A stretch of 15,431 bases of DNA from Burkholderiales bacterium. Its GTDB lineage: Bacteria; Pseudomonadota; Gammaproteobacteria; Burkholderiales; Burkholderiaceae_D. The first letter of the stretch is position 1. The number at the start of each line of letters is the position of its first letter. A program made the position numbers and the translations under genes. The notes under the pieces were generated by a model. The model did no database searches, was not told where the DNA came from, and worked only from the letters and a program-made list of their open reading frames with translations. Positions 7,667-15,374 of the stretch are shown one piece after another. The stretch lies in contig JACOUL010000008.1 of NCBI GenBank assembly GCA_016177875.1, positions 1 to 15,431 on the forward strand. Direction: 5' to 3'.

Positions 7667-8525
7667 GCAGCCGTCGGCCTGGGCCAAACGCTGGAAGACG
7701 CTACGCTACGTGGTGGCGGAAAATCCGCTATCGCTGGTGGCGGCCGGCTTGTTTGCCGTATTCGTACTATTGGGATTGACCGGTGGCATGCTTGCACCTT
7801 TCGATCCGCTGGCCAGCAACGTCGGCCAGCCATTGTCTGCGCCCTCGTTTAAGCATTGGTTCGGTACCGATGCGCTTGGACGCGACATTCTCTCGCGGGT
7901 GCTGGTAGCGACGCGCCTGGATCTCGGCATCGCGGTTGCCGCCGTCAGCTTGTCGTGCGTGCTGGGCGGCTTGCTTGGCGCATTTGCGGGCTATTTCGGC
8001 GGCTGGACCGAGCGCCTGGTGGGCCGCTTATCGGACACCATCATGGCTTTCCCCTTGTTTGTACTCGCGATGGGGATTGTCGCGGCGATGGGCAATACCG
8101 TCGCCAACATTGTGCTGGCAACGGCGATCATCAATTTGCCGTTCTATATCCGCGTGGCGCGTGCCGAGAGCAGCGTACTCAAGAACGCCGGCTTCGTCGA
8201 AGCGGCGCGCCTGGCAGGCAACGGAGAGGTGCGGCTTCTATTTCATCATATTATTCCTAACATCCTGCCGCCGATGACGGTGCAAGTGTCGCTCAATATG
8301 GGGTGGGCAATTTTGAATGCCGCCGGTCTTTCATTCATCGGTTTGGGCGTGCGCCCGCCGGACGCAGAGTGGGGCATCATGGTGGCGGAAGGCGCGCAAT
8401 ACATCGTCTCCGGAGAATGGTGGATCGCATTGTTTCCGGGGGCGGTGCTGATGCTGGCAGTGTTCTGTTTTAATCTGCTCGGTGATTCGCTGCGTGATCT
8501 GGTCGATCCTCGGAGGCGCACATGA
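7629..8525 (+). CDS. ABC transporter permease (DppC/OppC-like)
   Basis: The tracked 7617 start is a TTG. The first ATG is at 7629 and overlaps the upstream permease end by 38 nt. The N-terminal cytoplasmic segment is followed by a TM (LSLVAAGLFAVFVLLGL) and a permease EAA-like region. The exact start is uncertain. Confidence 0.8.
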   Translation: MDSSIPVSALKAEQPSAWAKRWKTLRYVVAENPLSLVAAGLFAVFVLLGLTGGMLAPFDPLASNVGQPLSAPSFKHWFGTDALGRDILSRVLVATRLDLGIAVAAVSLSCVLGGLLGAFAGYFGGWTERLVGRLSDTIMAFPLFVLAMGIVAAMGNTVANIVLATAIINLPFYIRVARAESSVLKNAGFVEAARLAGNGEVRLLFHHIIPNILPPMTVQVSLNMGWAILNAAGLSFIGLGVRPPDAEWGIMVAEGAQYIVSGEWWIALFPGAVLMLAVFCFNLLGDSLRDLVDPRRRT

Positions 8526-9532
8526 GCACAGCTTCAACATCTTTGTTGGAAGTCGACAATCTCTCGTTGGAGTTTCGTACGCGCAGCGGCATCGTGCGCG
8601 CTCTTGAAAACGTCAGTTTGGAGTTGCCGGCCGGCGGATCCTTGGGTTTGGTCGGCGAAAGCGGTTCGGGCAAATCGGTGCTGTCCTTCGCTGTGCTCGG
8701 CATCCAAGATGCCGCAGCACGTGTCACCAACGGCACGATTCGCTTCGCGGGCCAGGACTTATTAGCCAACGATGGCGCCGCAATGAAAGCTTTGCGCGGG
8801 CGCGAATTGGCAATGATTTTCCAGAACCCGCGCGTGGCCTTGAATCCGATCCGCCAAGTCGGCAAGCAAATCGAAGATGTGCTTGCCCGCCACACGGATT
8901 TGCGCGGCAAGGCGCTTCGAGCGCGTGCCATCGAATGCCTGGCGGAAGTGCGTATTCCCGATCCGGAGCGCCGTTACATTGCGTATCCTTTCGAGCTGTC
9001 GGGCGGCATGTGCCAGCGCGTGATGATTGCGATCGCGCTTGCTTGCCGCCCGCGCTTGTTGATCGCCGACGAGCCCACGACCGGATTGGATGTCACTACC
9101 CAGGCTGCCATCATGCGCTTGATCCGCGATCTCGGTCATGAGAAAGGGATGGCAACCTTGTTGATCACGCATGACCTCGGCCTTGCACGCGAGTTTTGCG
9201 ATCGGATCGCCGTAATGCATGCCGGTCATATTGTCGAGACGGCGCCGACCGAAGACTTGTTCCTGGCGTCGGCGCATCCCTACACGGCGCAATTGATACG
9301 CGCGACGCCGGTCGGACAGGATAAGCTGGAAAATTTGGCGGCGATTCCCGGCAATTTGCCCGACTTGCGCCGCACCGATTTGCCGGCGTGCCGATTTTCC
9401 GAGCGTTGCGCGCGTCGGCAAGAACAATGCGGTCGGCCGCTTGTCTTGCGTGACCTCGCGGCGCAGCACCGCATCGCATGTCATTATCCTTTGTTGGAAA
9501 ATAAGGAGGCCTTCGATGCACCTGCTGCTTGA
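8522..9532 (+). CDS. ABC transporter ATP-binding protein (DppD/OppD-like) with a C-terminal 4-Cys oligopeptide-ABC domain
   Basis: Walker [12 protein letters not shown], the signature LSGGMCQR and Walker [13 protein letters not shown] are all present. ATGA overlap with the upstream stop, with GGAGG upstream. The C-terminus reads ...[16 protein letters not shown]...IACHYP. Confidence 0.9.
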   Translation: MSTASTSLLEVDNLSLEFRTRSGIVRALENVSLELPAGGSLGLVGESGSGKSVLSFAVLGIQDAAARVTNGTIRFAGQDLLANDGAAMKALRGRELAMIFQNPRVALNPIRQVGKQIEDVLARHTDLRGKALRARAIECLAEVRIPDPERRYIAYPFELSGGMCQRVMIAIALACRPRLLIADEPTTGLDVTTQAAIMRLIRDLGHEKGMATLLITHDLGLAREFCDRIAVMHAGHIVETAPTEDLFLASAHPYTAQLIRATPVGQDKLENLAAIPGNLPDLRRTDLPACRFSERCARRQEQCGRPLVLRDLAAQHRIACHYPLLENKEAFDAPAA

Positions 9533-10499
9533 GGCATTGGACTTGGTCAAGCACTTCCCGGTGAAAGTGCATCGCAAGCAAAAGCATTTGCATGCGGTCG
9601 ACGGCCTTAATTTCAAAATCGAGGCGGGCGAAACCGTGGGTTTGGTCGGCGAGTCCGGTTGCGGCAAATCGACCTTGGTGCGGCTGTTGACGCGAACGCT
9701 CGATCCCAGCGACGGCCAAGTGCGCTTCCACGGCAACAGCATCGGTTTGATTCCCGCGCGATCGATGGCGACGCATCCTTTGCGGCGCGAAATCCAGATG
9801 GTGTTTCAGGACCCGACCGATAGTCTGAATCCGCGCTATACGGCGCGTCAGACCATCGCCGAGTCGGTACGCCTTCTCAGCGAATTCCACAATGCCGAAA
9901 AAATCGATGCCGAAGTCGTGCGTGCCGCCGACATGGTCGGCTTGCCGCAGGAGTTGCTCGATCGTTATCCGCATCAATTGTCGGGCGGCCAGAAGGCGCG
10001 CGTCGGCATCGCGCGCGCGATCGTCACACGGCCGCGCTTGTTGATTCTGGATGAACCGACAGCGGCGCTGGATGTATCGGTGCAGGCAGTCATTTTGCAA
10101 TTGCTCGATCGCCTTAAAAAAGAACTCGGCATGAGTTTTCTTTTTGTTTCGCATGACTTGAATGTGGTGCGTTTATTGTGTGACCGCGTGATGGTGATGT
10201 ATCTCGGCCAAATCGTGGAAAGCGGCCCAGCGCAGGAAGTCTTTCATCGGCCTGCCCATCCCTACACCCGCGCATTGATTGCATCGCTGCCGGGCGGACT
10301 CACGCAAGGGGAGGCAAGCGACGCTGATTTGCTGGTTGGAGGCGATCCGCAAAGTCCGATCGATCCCGATCCACAGCGTTGCCGCTTGCTCGGCCGCTGC
10401 CCGCGCGGAGCCGAATTATGCGGAAAACAGTCCCCCGTTTTACAATCCATCGCTGCAGGTCGCGATGTCGCGTGCCACTTCCCGTCAATTCAAGGATGA
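9516..10499 (+). CDS. ABC transporter ATP-binding protein (DppF/OppF-like) with a C-terminal 4-Cys domain
   Basis: The start is reassigned to the ATG at 9516 ([14 protein letters not shown]) with AAGGAGG 7 nt upstream. Walker A GLVGESGCGKST, LSGGQKAR and LLILDEPTAALD are present. The C-terminus reads CRLLGRCPRGAELC...VACHFP. Confidence 0.9.
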   Translation: MHLLLEALDLVKHFPVKVHRKQKHLHAVDGLNFKIEAGETVGLVGESGCGKSTLVRLLTRTLDPSDGQVRFHGNSIGLIPARSMATHPLRREIQMVFQDPTDSLNPRYTARQTIAESVRLLSEFHNAEKIDAEVVRAADMVGLPQELLDRYPHQLSGGQKARVGIARAIVTRPRLLILDEPTAALDVSVQAVILQLLDRLKKELGMSFLFVSHDLNVVRLLCDRVMVMYLGQIVESGPAQEVFHRPAHPYTRALIASLPGGLTQGEASDADLLVGGDPQSPIDPDPQRCRLLGRCPRGAELCGKQSPVLQSIAAGRDVACHFPSIQG

Positions 10500-11197
10500 A
10501 TACCGTTTCCTCCAAGGCCAATATGCTGGCCGAACATCTTTACAGCCGTCTTAAAGATGACATTTTCAACTTTCGGCTTCTTGCCGGCGAACGCTTTACC
10601 GAAAGCGAAATGGCGCAACGTTATGGCGTCTCACGCACACCTTTGCGGGACGCACTGTATCGCCTGGAACGTGAAGGCTATTTAACCGTGGCATTTCGCA
10701 GCGGCTGGAGCGTGAGACCTTTTGACTTCGAACGTTTTGAGCAGCTCTACGACTTACGCGTGATTCTTGAGCAGGCCGCAGTGCACGCCATTTGCGATGC
10801 CGAACATCCGGTGGATTTGTCCGAACTGCAAGCCATATGGCTGGTTTCGCCGGAAGAGCGCTTGACCGATGGCGCGCAAGTGTCCATGCTCGATGAAGCC
10901 TTTCATCAAGCCTTGGTACAAGCGACCGGCAATGCCGAGATGGCGCGCGTCCATGCCGAAGTCACCGAAAAAATTCGCATCATCCGGCGTCTGGACTTTA
11001 CCAAGGAAGACCGCATTGCCGCGACGTATGAAGAGCATGGACGAATCTTGCGCAAGTTGATGGAACGTAAGGAGATCCAGGCAGGAATGCTATTGAAATC
11101 GCATATCGAAAGCAGCAAGGCCGAAGTGCGAAAAATCACCCTGCACATGTTGTATGCAGCGCGCCAGCGCCTTGGCGGCGCCGACGCGGCGGCATGA
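10496..11197 (+). CDS. GntR family transcriptional regulator, FadR/FCD subfamily
   Basis: The start is reassigned to the ATG at 10496 (MNTVSS...), which shares an ATGA overlap with the ATPase stop and has AAGGA upstream. The GntR-type N-terminal winged-HTH region includes ...ESEMAQRYGVSRTPLRDALYRLEREGYL, with a helical FCD-like C-terminal domain. It is the last gene of the operon. Confidence 0.85.
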   Translation: MNTVSSKANMLAEHLYSRLKDDIFNFRLLAGERFTESEMAQRYGVSRTPLRDALYRLEREGYLTVAFRSGWSVRPFDFERFEQLYDLRVILEQAAVHAICDAEHPVDLSELQAIWLVSPEERLTDGAQVSMLDEAFHQALVQATGNAEMARVHAEVTEKIRIIRRLDFTKEDRIAATYEEHGRILRKLMERKEIQAGMLLKSHIESSKAEVRKITLHMLYAARQRLGGADAAA

Positions 11198-11216
11198 TTA
11201 CGTGAAGGATGATGAC

Positions 11217-11492
11217 TTAGAACTCTTGGTCATCGCTTAGGGGTTCGCTGCCGGCAAGATAACGCAATTCGGCTGCCTGACTGGGCATGAGTTCATCGAA
11301 GTGGGTAGCCAGCGCATTGATCTCTTCAATGCCTTCTACCCTGTCGACATCGGCCGGATGCGTTGACTCGAACTCGTCAAGGTCTTGGGCCAACAGAGCA
11401 GCCAAGAATCCTTTCGTCGCCCGAGCCAAATTTTGGCCATAAGACGGGCCGTGGCTGATATACGGATAAGTAGCAAGATTCGATCGGAACAT
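11217..11492 (-). CDS. Hypothetical small acidic protein (about 91 aa)
   Basis: ORF 11217..11504. I prefer the second ATG at 11492, which has GGAGG 5 nt upstream (atGGAGGtttttATG). It is acidic with a C-terminal DDQEF tail. I do not recognise a family. Confidence 0.45.
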   Translation of the reverse strand: MFRSNLATYPYISHGPSYGQNLARATKGFLAALLAQDLDEFESTHPADVDRVEGIEEINALATHFDELMPSQAAELRYLAGSEPLSDDQEF

Positions 11493-11771
11493 AAAAACCT
11501 CCATCTGTGTTTGCGCACTTGTGTACGCAATTTCAGTATGAAGGCAATTTGTTATAAATCCAATTTGAAGTTGTTATAGTAGGCATTCACAAAACGAATA
11601 ACAAAAGATGGCCATTTACGCGTCATATTGAAAGTCAAATCTGCAGAGCACCGCTAAACTGTTGTTTTTAAGATGCTTTGTCTTCCCATTTCTGCGCAAT
11701 ATCATGCTTTCTCTAAGGTATCTTGATTAGAATGATCCTAGGCAACATCATTTTGTCCCAAGGAGATCATC

Positions 11772-11912
11772 ATGGGCCGATTAATTCAAAGCAAGATTCC
11801 TTTAGGCCGGCGTAATACGCTGTTCAACATCCGCCGCACCCAAAGTGGTGTATACGTGGGTGCGGCTGTCACGATTGCCCTTGTCCTGGGCGTGATTAAA
11901 GTAATCGGCTAG
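11772..11912 (+). CDS. Unannotated 46-aa small protein with a basic N-terminus and one C-terminal TM helix (MGRLIQSKIPLGRRNTLFNIRRTQSGVYVGAAVTIALVLGVIKVIG)
   Basis: It is below the ORF-track length cut-off. There is a strong AAGGAG 7 nt upstream of the ATG. A single hydrophobic helix lies at the C-terminus. The surrounding region is AT-rich. Confidence 0.4.
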   Translation: MGRLIQSKIPLGRRNTLFNIRRTQSGVYVGAAVTIALVLGVIKVIG

Positions 11913-11938
11913 AACTTCAGACAGGCTTTTAAGTCTGT

Positions 11939-12169
11939 TTAACACCGGCAGCCAAAAATCATGCGGCGCTTGCGTGCGGCTTCATTATCTTCGTAGATCG
12001 CTTCTTCACATTCTTTACTACAGAACCTGCGAAAGCCGCTTAGCGCTTTGTTGCAGTACCAGCAATGCGTGTGCGCCTGCGCGACCGCTCTTCTTGAGCC
12101 GGTTTCATTTAGCGGGGAAAAGAGATGAGGGTTTGCTTTTGTCGAACTGTTCGGTCTGAAATGTTCCAT
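11939..12169 (-). CDS. Small zinc-ribbon protein (about 76 aa) with a C-x2-C...F-C-S-K-x-C motif (YacG-like C4 arrangement)
   Basis: The tracked start at 12181 is a TTG. The ATG at 12169 has GGAG 6 nt upstream. The protein contains HCWYCNKALSGFRRFCSKECEE and a C-terminal GCRC. Confidence 0.45.
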   Translation of the reverse strand: MEHFRPNSSTKANPHLFSPLNETGSRRAVAQAHTHCWYCNKALSGFRRFCSKECEEAIYEDNEAARKRRMIFGCRC

Positions 12170-12495
12170 TGTCGTCTCCAAGAATTATTGTTAGGCAGTT
12201 GCAGGCTCAGCAACTGATTTACATAGGTTAATTCTTCGTAGGGGAACGGTGCTGAGCTATATCAAAGCTATCGTTAGCCGGCTTGCCGCCGGCGTTCAGG
12301 ATGGAGCAAAACTCGCAAGGCAACATGTAAATCCACATCGTGCCTGTTTAAGAATTCCGCTGCAATGCGCGTGCCGCGCGCATCCTTTAGCAAAATCGCG
12401 ATTTCAACCACACACAATCGCACTACGTCGCGGCGGGAGGAGACCAAGTCAAACGGCGGTCTTGCGGTGTTGGCGTAATGAGCCCCAGCTTCCAT

Positions 12496-14151
12496 CTACC
12501 AATACGACCACTGCTGAGTGCTCAATACATAAATTGCCAGCAAGCCATTGGTTACCATATGCGCTATAACGGCATCCCATACTTTGCCTCGAATAAAACG
12601 CGCAACGCCAAAAGCAAGCCCCGCCAGTGCTCCTGCTAGCCAGGCGCTGTGCAAAGCGCCAAAGGCCACAGAAGAAATTATCAGGGGCAACCAAGCCTTA
12701 TGAAATTTTTCTGTGCCGGAGGTTGCCTCGTTTTTTGACAGAACATTGATCAGATAGCCGCGAAAAGCCAGTTCTTCCGCGAGAGGAACGATTAAGGTAG
12801 CGCCAAGCGCACGAATTGCCAGCCATCCTGCGATCAGCAATGGGGAATTATTTTTTAAGTCGGTGGCGAATGCTTCGGTCGTCTCTCCGGACGCCGGCAC
12901 GATACTAATCCACAATAAAAATACGGCAATGCCGATCATCACGGGCGCAACAGCTACCGTCAAACTACCCAAGTTAAAACGCTTCCAGAAAACCCCCAGG
13001 GTTAGGCCGGCAACCGCTATACGCACTGGATAGAGCCAATCAAAGCTTGCAGTAAAGGCTAGGGTGATAAGCGTTGCACATAACAACACCAATTCCGGCA
13101 GCAGCAATACATTGAGCGAATCGATCTCCAGCATCGCGCCGCCTGACTTTCCGCTGAAAAATGGAATGCGTCGCGCCACCAAAATCATGCCGATTGAAAC
13201 GCACAAAAAATAAATCCATCCGGCATGGGAGTGGAATCCTTGAATGGCGATTTCAGGCGAAATAGCGTGCCCGATGCCGACCAGCGAAGCGATGCGAATG
13301 CAGTTGAATATCCACATGAGCAACAGGGCGGCAGGGTAAAGCAACAGGGCATTGGGATATTTCAAATCCTGTCGAAAGGTCAGCGAATACCAGGCAAGAA
13401 ACGCCGTAATCATCGCCATGCCTTCGTAGCCGGAACAGGTAGACGATATCAATACGATGAAATTGCCAATGCCGAGCTCCTTCGTCACCGCATTGGCGAC
13501 GACATCGGCATGAAAAAGCTCAAGAAAAAAACGGGCGACGGCGATCGTCGGTGTGCTGAGAAAATCGTCCCAAGTATTTTGGAAAATCCCATTGATGAAA
13601 TAAATGACGAGGGTAACGCCTAAGGCAAGGAGAAGAGGTATCTTTTCGGATGCGGCAAATTGTCTCCACCATGTTAACGGCGCAATCATGAATAAAGTCG
13701 CGCCGGCTGTCGCGGCCAAGGCAAGCAACAGGGCACCGCTCCAAAATGCTTCGCGATCCGGCGTCGCAAGAGGAAAATGCAATAAGTCATTGGGTAAAAC
13801 GGCGCCGATCACCAGGAGCAATGCAAAAAAGCACAGCAGTTGCGCAGTTAGGTAGCGCATGGCAGGGCGCGTTGCGTGCACTTCAGATAGGGAATGCCAA
13901 ATGTTATTTAGCCGGGCGGTTAGCGCCAATGCAAGCGCAACGCAGAAATAGATAAGATATTGCATGCTGGCGCCTAAATGCGGCGCGTACGCGAGAGAGC
14001 CGTCGTATTGCGCCGAGCGCGGATGTACGAAGAGTGCGACAAACGACGCTTGCATGAGGATAAGCAAAGCGAATAGCGGTAAGCGCAGCTGGAAGTGCCA
14101 TGGCGTCCAGTGCTGCAGCGGTGTGCCGACTTGGCCGTTTTGAGTAGTCAT
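12496..14151 (-). CDS. Exosortase fused to a CPBP (CAAX/Abi-type) intramembrane protease domain; XrtE-like (VPEID-CTERM system) fusion
   Basis: A polytopic N-terminal domain of about 330 aa has the exosortase-type motifs ...STCSGYEGMAM... (Cys) and ...IFNCIRIASL... (Asn-x-x-Arg). The C-terminal domain has all three CPBP motifs: EELAFR, FGALH and HMVTN. The tracked start at 14166 is a GTG inside a hairpin, so I prefer the ATG at 14151. Confidence 0.8.
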   Translation of the reverse strand: MTTQNGQVGTPLQHWTPWHFQLRLPLFALLILMQASFVALFVHPRSAQYDGSLAYAPHLGASMQYLIYFCVALALALTARLNNIWHSLSEVHATRPAMRYLTAQLLCFFALLLVIGAVLPNDLLHFPLATPDREAFWSGALLLALAATAGATLFMIAPLTWWRQFAASEKIPLLLALGVTLVIYFINGIFQNTWDDFLSTPTIAVARFFLELFHADVVANAVTKELGIGNFIVLISSTCSGYEGMAMITAFLAWYSLTFRQDLKYPNALLLYPAALLLMWIFNCIRIASLVGIGHAISPEIAIQGFHSHAGWIYFLCVSIGMILVARRIPFFSGKSGGAMLEIDSLNVLLLPELVLLCATLITLAFTASFDWLYPVRIAVAGLTLGVFWKRFNLGSLTVAVAPVMIGIAVFLLWISIVPASGETTEAFATDLKNNSPLLIAGWLAIRALGATLIVPLAEELAFRGYLINVLSKNEATSGTEKFHKAWLPLIISSVAFGALHSAWLAGALAGLAFGVARFIRGKVWDAVIAHMVTNGLLAIYVLSTQQWSYW

Positions 14152-14163
14152 CGTTGTGGCAAG

Positions 14164-14200
14164 CACAAAAAACAGGGAAGTTCCTTCCCTGTTTTTTGTG
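14164..14200 (-). terminator. Perfect 17-bp-stem hairpin with an internal U6 tract (bidirectional intrinsic-terminator-like) between the precursor gene and the exosortase gene
   Basis: CACAAAAAACAGGGAAG-ttc-CTTCCCTGTTTTTTGTG. The inner GC-rich 8-bp stem CAGGGAAG/CUUCCCUG is followed by UUUUUUGUG in either orientation. It lies 15 nt after the precursor stop and ends 12 nt before the exosortase ATG. Confidence 0.55.
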
Positions 14201-14215
14201 CAAAGCGCGGAAGCC

Positions 14216-14398
14216 TTAAGCTTTCTTTTTCATAAAGGCCAGAACCCCGCCGAGAATGGCGATGCCCAGGATGGCCACACCGCCGTCAATCTCGGGCGCG
14301 AACCAACGGCCATGGCCATGGAAGTGGAAGTGAGGGTGTGTTGCCAAAGCAAGGGTAGGGCTGAATGCCGCTGCGGAAATCAACATCTTTTTCAGCAT
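14216..14398 (-). CDS. 60-aa precursor: Sec signal peptide + His-rich HPHFHFHGHG motif + PEID-TM-KKK C-terminal sorting signal (VPEID-CTERM-like exosortase substrate)
   Basis: MLKKMLISAAAFSPTLALA | THPHFHFHGHGRWF | APEIDGG | VAILGIAILGGVLAF | MKKKA. AAGGAG lies 6 nt upstream of the ATG. It sits immediately upstream of the exosortase-CPBP gene on the same strand. Confidence 0.65.
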   Translation of the reverse strand: MLKKMLISAAAFSPTLALATHPHFHFHGHGRWFAPEIDGGVAILGIAILGGVLAFMKKKA

Positions 14399-14579
14399 AT
14401 GAATCTCCTTAAAAGTTGAGAACCGGAAGCTGAATTAACACAGCTGGTTCAACGGAACATTCTCGGGAGATGATCCGTTACAACTTTGAGACCCATCAAG
14501 AATAAGAAGATTGAGAGCCGATTTTTTTGTAACAGCGAATAAAGCTTTGCGTAGTGAAATGCTTTTGGCGAAATAATTT

Positions 14580-15374
14580 TTAAACCGCAACAGGCGCCTT
14601 GATCGCGGGATGCGATTCATATCCTACTATTTCGAAATCCTCGAAGCGATAGTCGAAAAGTGAATCGGGCTTGCGCTTGATTTGAAGCATCGGCAAACGC
14701 AGCGGGGTGCGGGATAGCTGTTCCTGTACTTGTTCCATATGATTGGAATAGAGATGACAATCGCCGCCTGTCCAAATAAATTCCCCGACTTGTAGATTCG
14801 CTTGCTGCGCCATCATATGCGTCAACAAGGCATAGGACGCAATATTGAACGGCACGCCCAGGAATATGTCGGCGCTTCGTTGATACAGTTGGCATGACAG
14901 TTTGCCGTCGGCGACATAGAACTGGAAAAAGGCGTGGCAAGGCGGCAGTTTCATACGCGGAATGTCGGCGACATTCCATGCAGAGACAATCAAACGGCGC
15001 GAGTCGGGATTGTTTTTAATTTGCTCCAGTACCTGCGCGATTTGGTCGATGTGTTCGCCGCTAGGTGCCGGCCACGAACGCCACTGATATCCATAAATCG
15101 GGCCGAGATTGCCTTGTTCGTCCGCCCATTCGTCCCAGATCGATACGCCGTTGTCCTTCAGGTATTTGATGTTGGTCGATCCGGCGAGGAACCACAGCAA
15201 TTCATGGATAATCGATTTGAGATGCAGCTTTTTGGTTGTAACCATGGGAAAGCCTTCACCCAAGTCAAACCGCATTTGATAACCGAATACGGAACGCGTG
15301 CCGGTACCGGTACGATCGGTCTTGAACGTGCCATTTTGCTGAACATGGCGCATGAAGTCGAGATATTGGCGCAT
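14580..15374 (-). CDS. thyA: Thymidylate synthase
   Basis: 264 aa. It begins [38 protein letters not shown] and contains ...[42 protein letters not shown]... These are classic ThyA motifs. Confidence 0.95.
   Translation of the reverse strand: MRQYLDFMRHVQQNGTFKTDRTGTGTRSVFGYQMRFDLGEGFPMVTTKKLHLKSIIHELLWFLAGSTNIKYLKDNGVSIWDEWADEQGNLGPIYGYQWRSWPAPSGEHIDQIAQVLEQIKNNPDSRRLIVSAWNVADIPRMKLPPCHAFFQFYVADGKLSCQLYQRSADIFLGVPFNIASYALLTHMMAQQANLQVGEFIWTGGDCHLYSNHMEQVQEQLSRTPLRLPMLQIKRKPDSLFDYRFEDFEIVGYESHPAIKAPVAV

Noticed and set aside
8762-10154. Two long minus-strand ORFs (326 and 329 aa) antisense to the two ABC ATPase genes
   Set aside because: They are GC-driven shadow ORFs. The sense-strand genes have complete Walker A, signature and Walker B motifs. 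The antisense translations are Arg-rich with no recognisable domains.
11913-11938. Hairpin CAGAC-(10 nt)-GTCTG between the convergent 46-aa ORF and the zinc-ribbon gene, considered as a bidirectional terminator
   Set aside because: It has only a 5-bp stem with a 10-nt loop and a poor U-tract. That is too weak to call as a terminator feature.
12249-12569. 106-aa plus-strand ORF and 73-aa minus-strand ORF (12274..12495) in the gap after the exosortase gene
   Set aside because: There is no Shine-Dalgarno. The translations are Arg/Cys/His-rich and low-complexity. One overlaps the exosortase 3' end on the opposite strand.
14152-14166. Tracked start of the exosortase ORF at 14166
   Set aside because: The codon is a GTG buried in the 5' arm of the 17-bp hairpin. 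The in-frame ATG at 14151 lies just outside the hairpin and is preferred, though neither has a strong Shine-Dalgarno.
14435-14620. 61-aa minus-strand ORF spanning the thyA stop and the promoter region of the precursor gene
   Set aside because: It overlaps the 3' end of thyA in another frame and runs through an AT-rich regulatory region. It has no ribosome-binding site.
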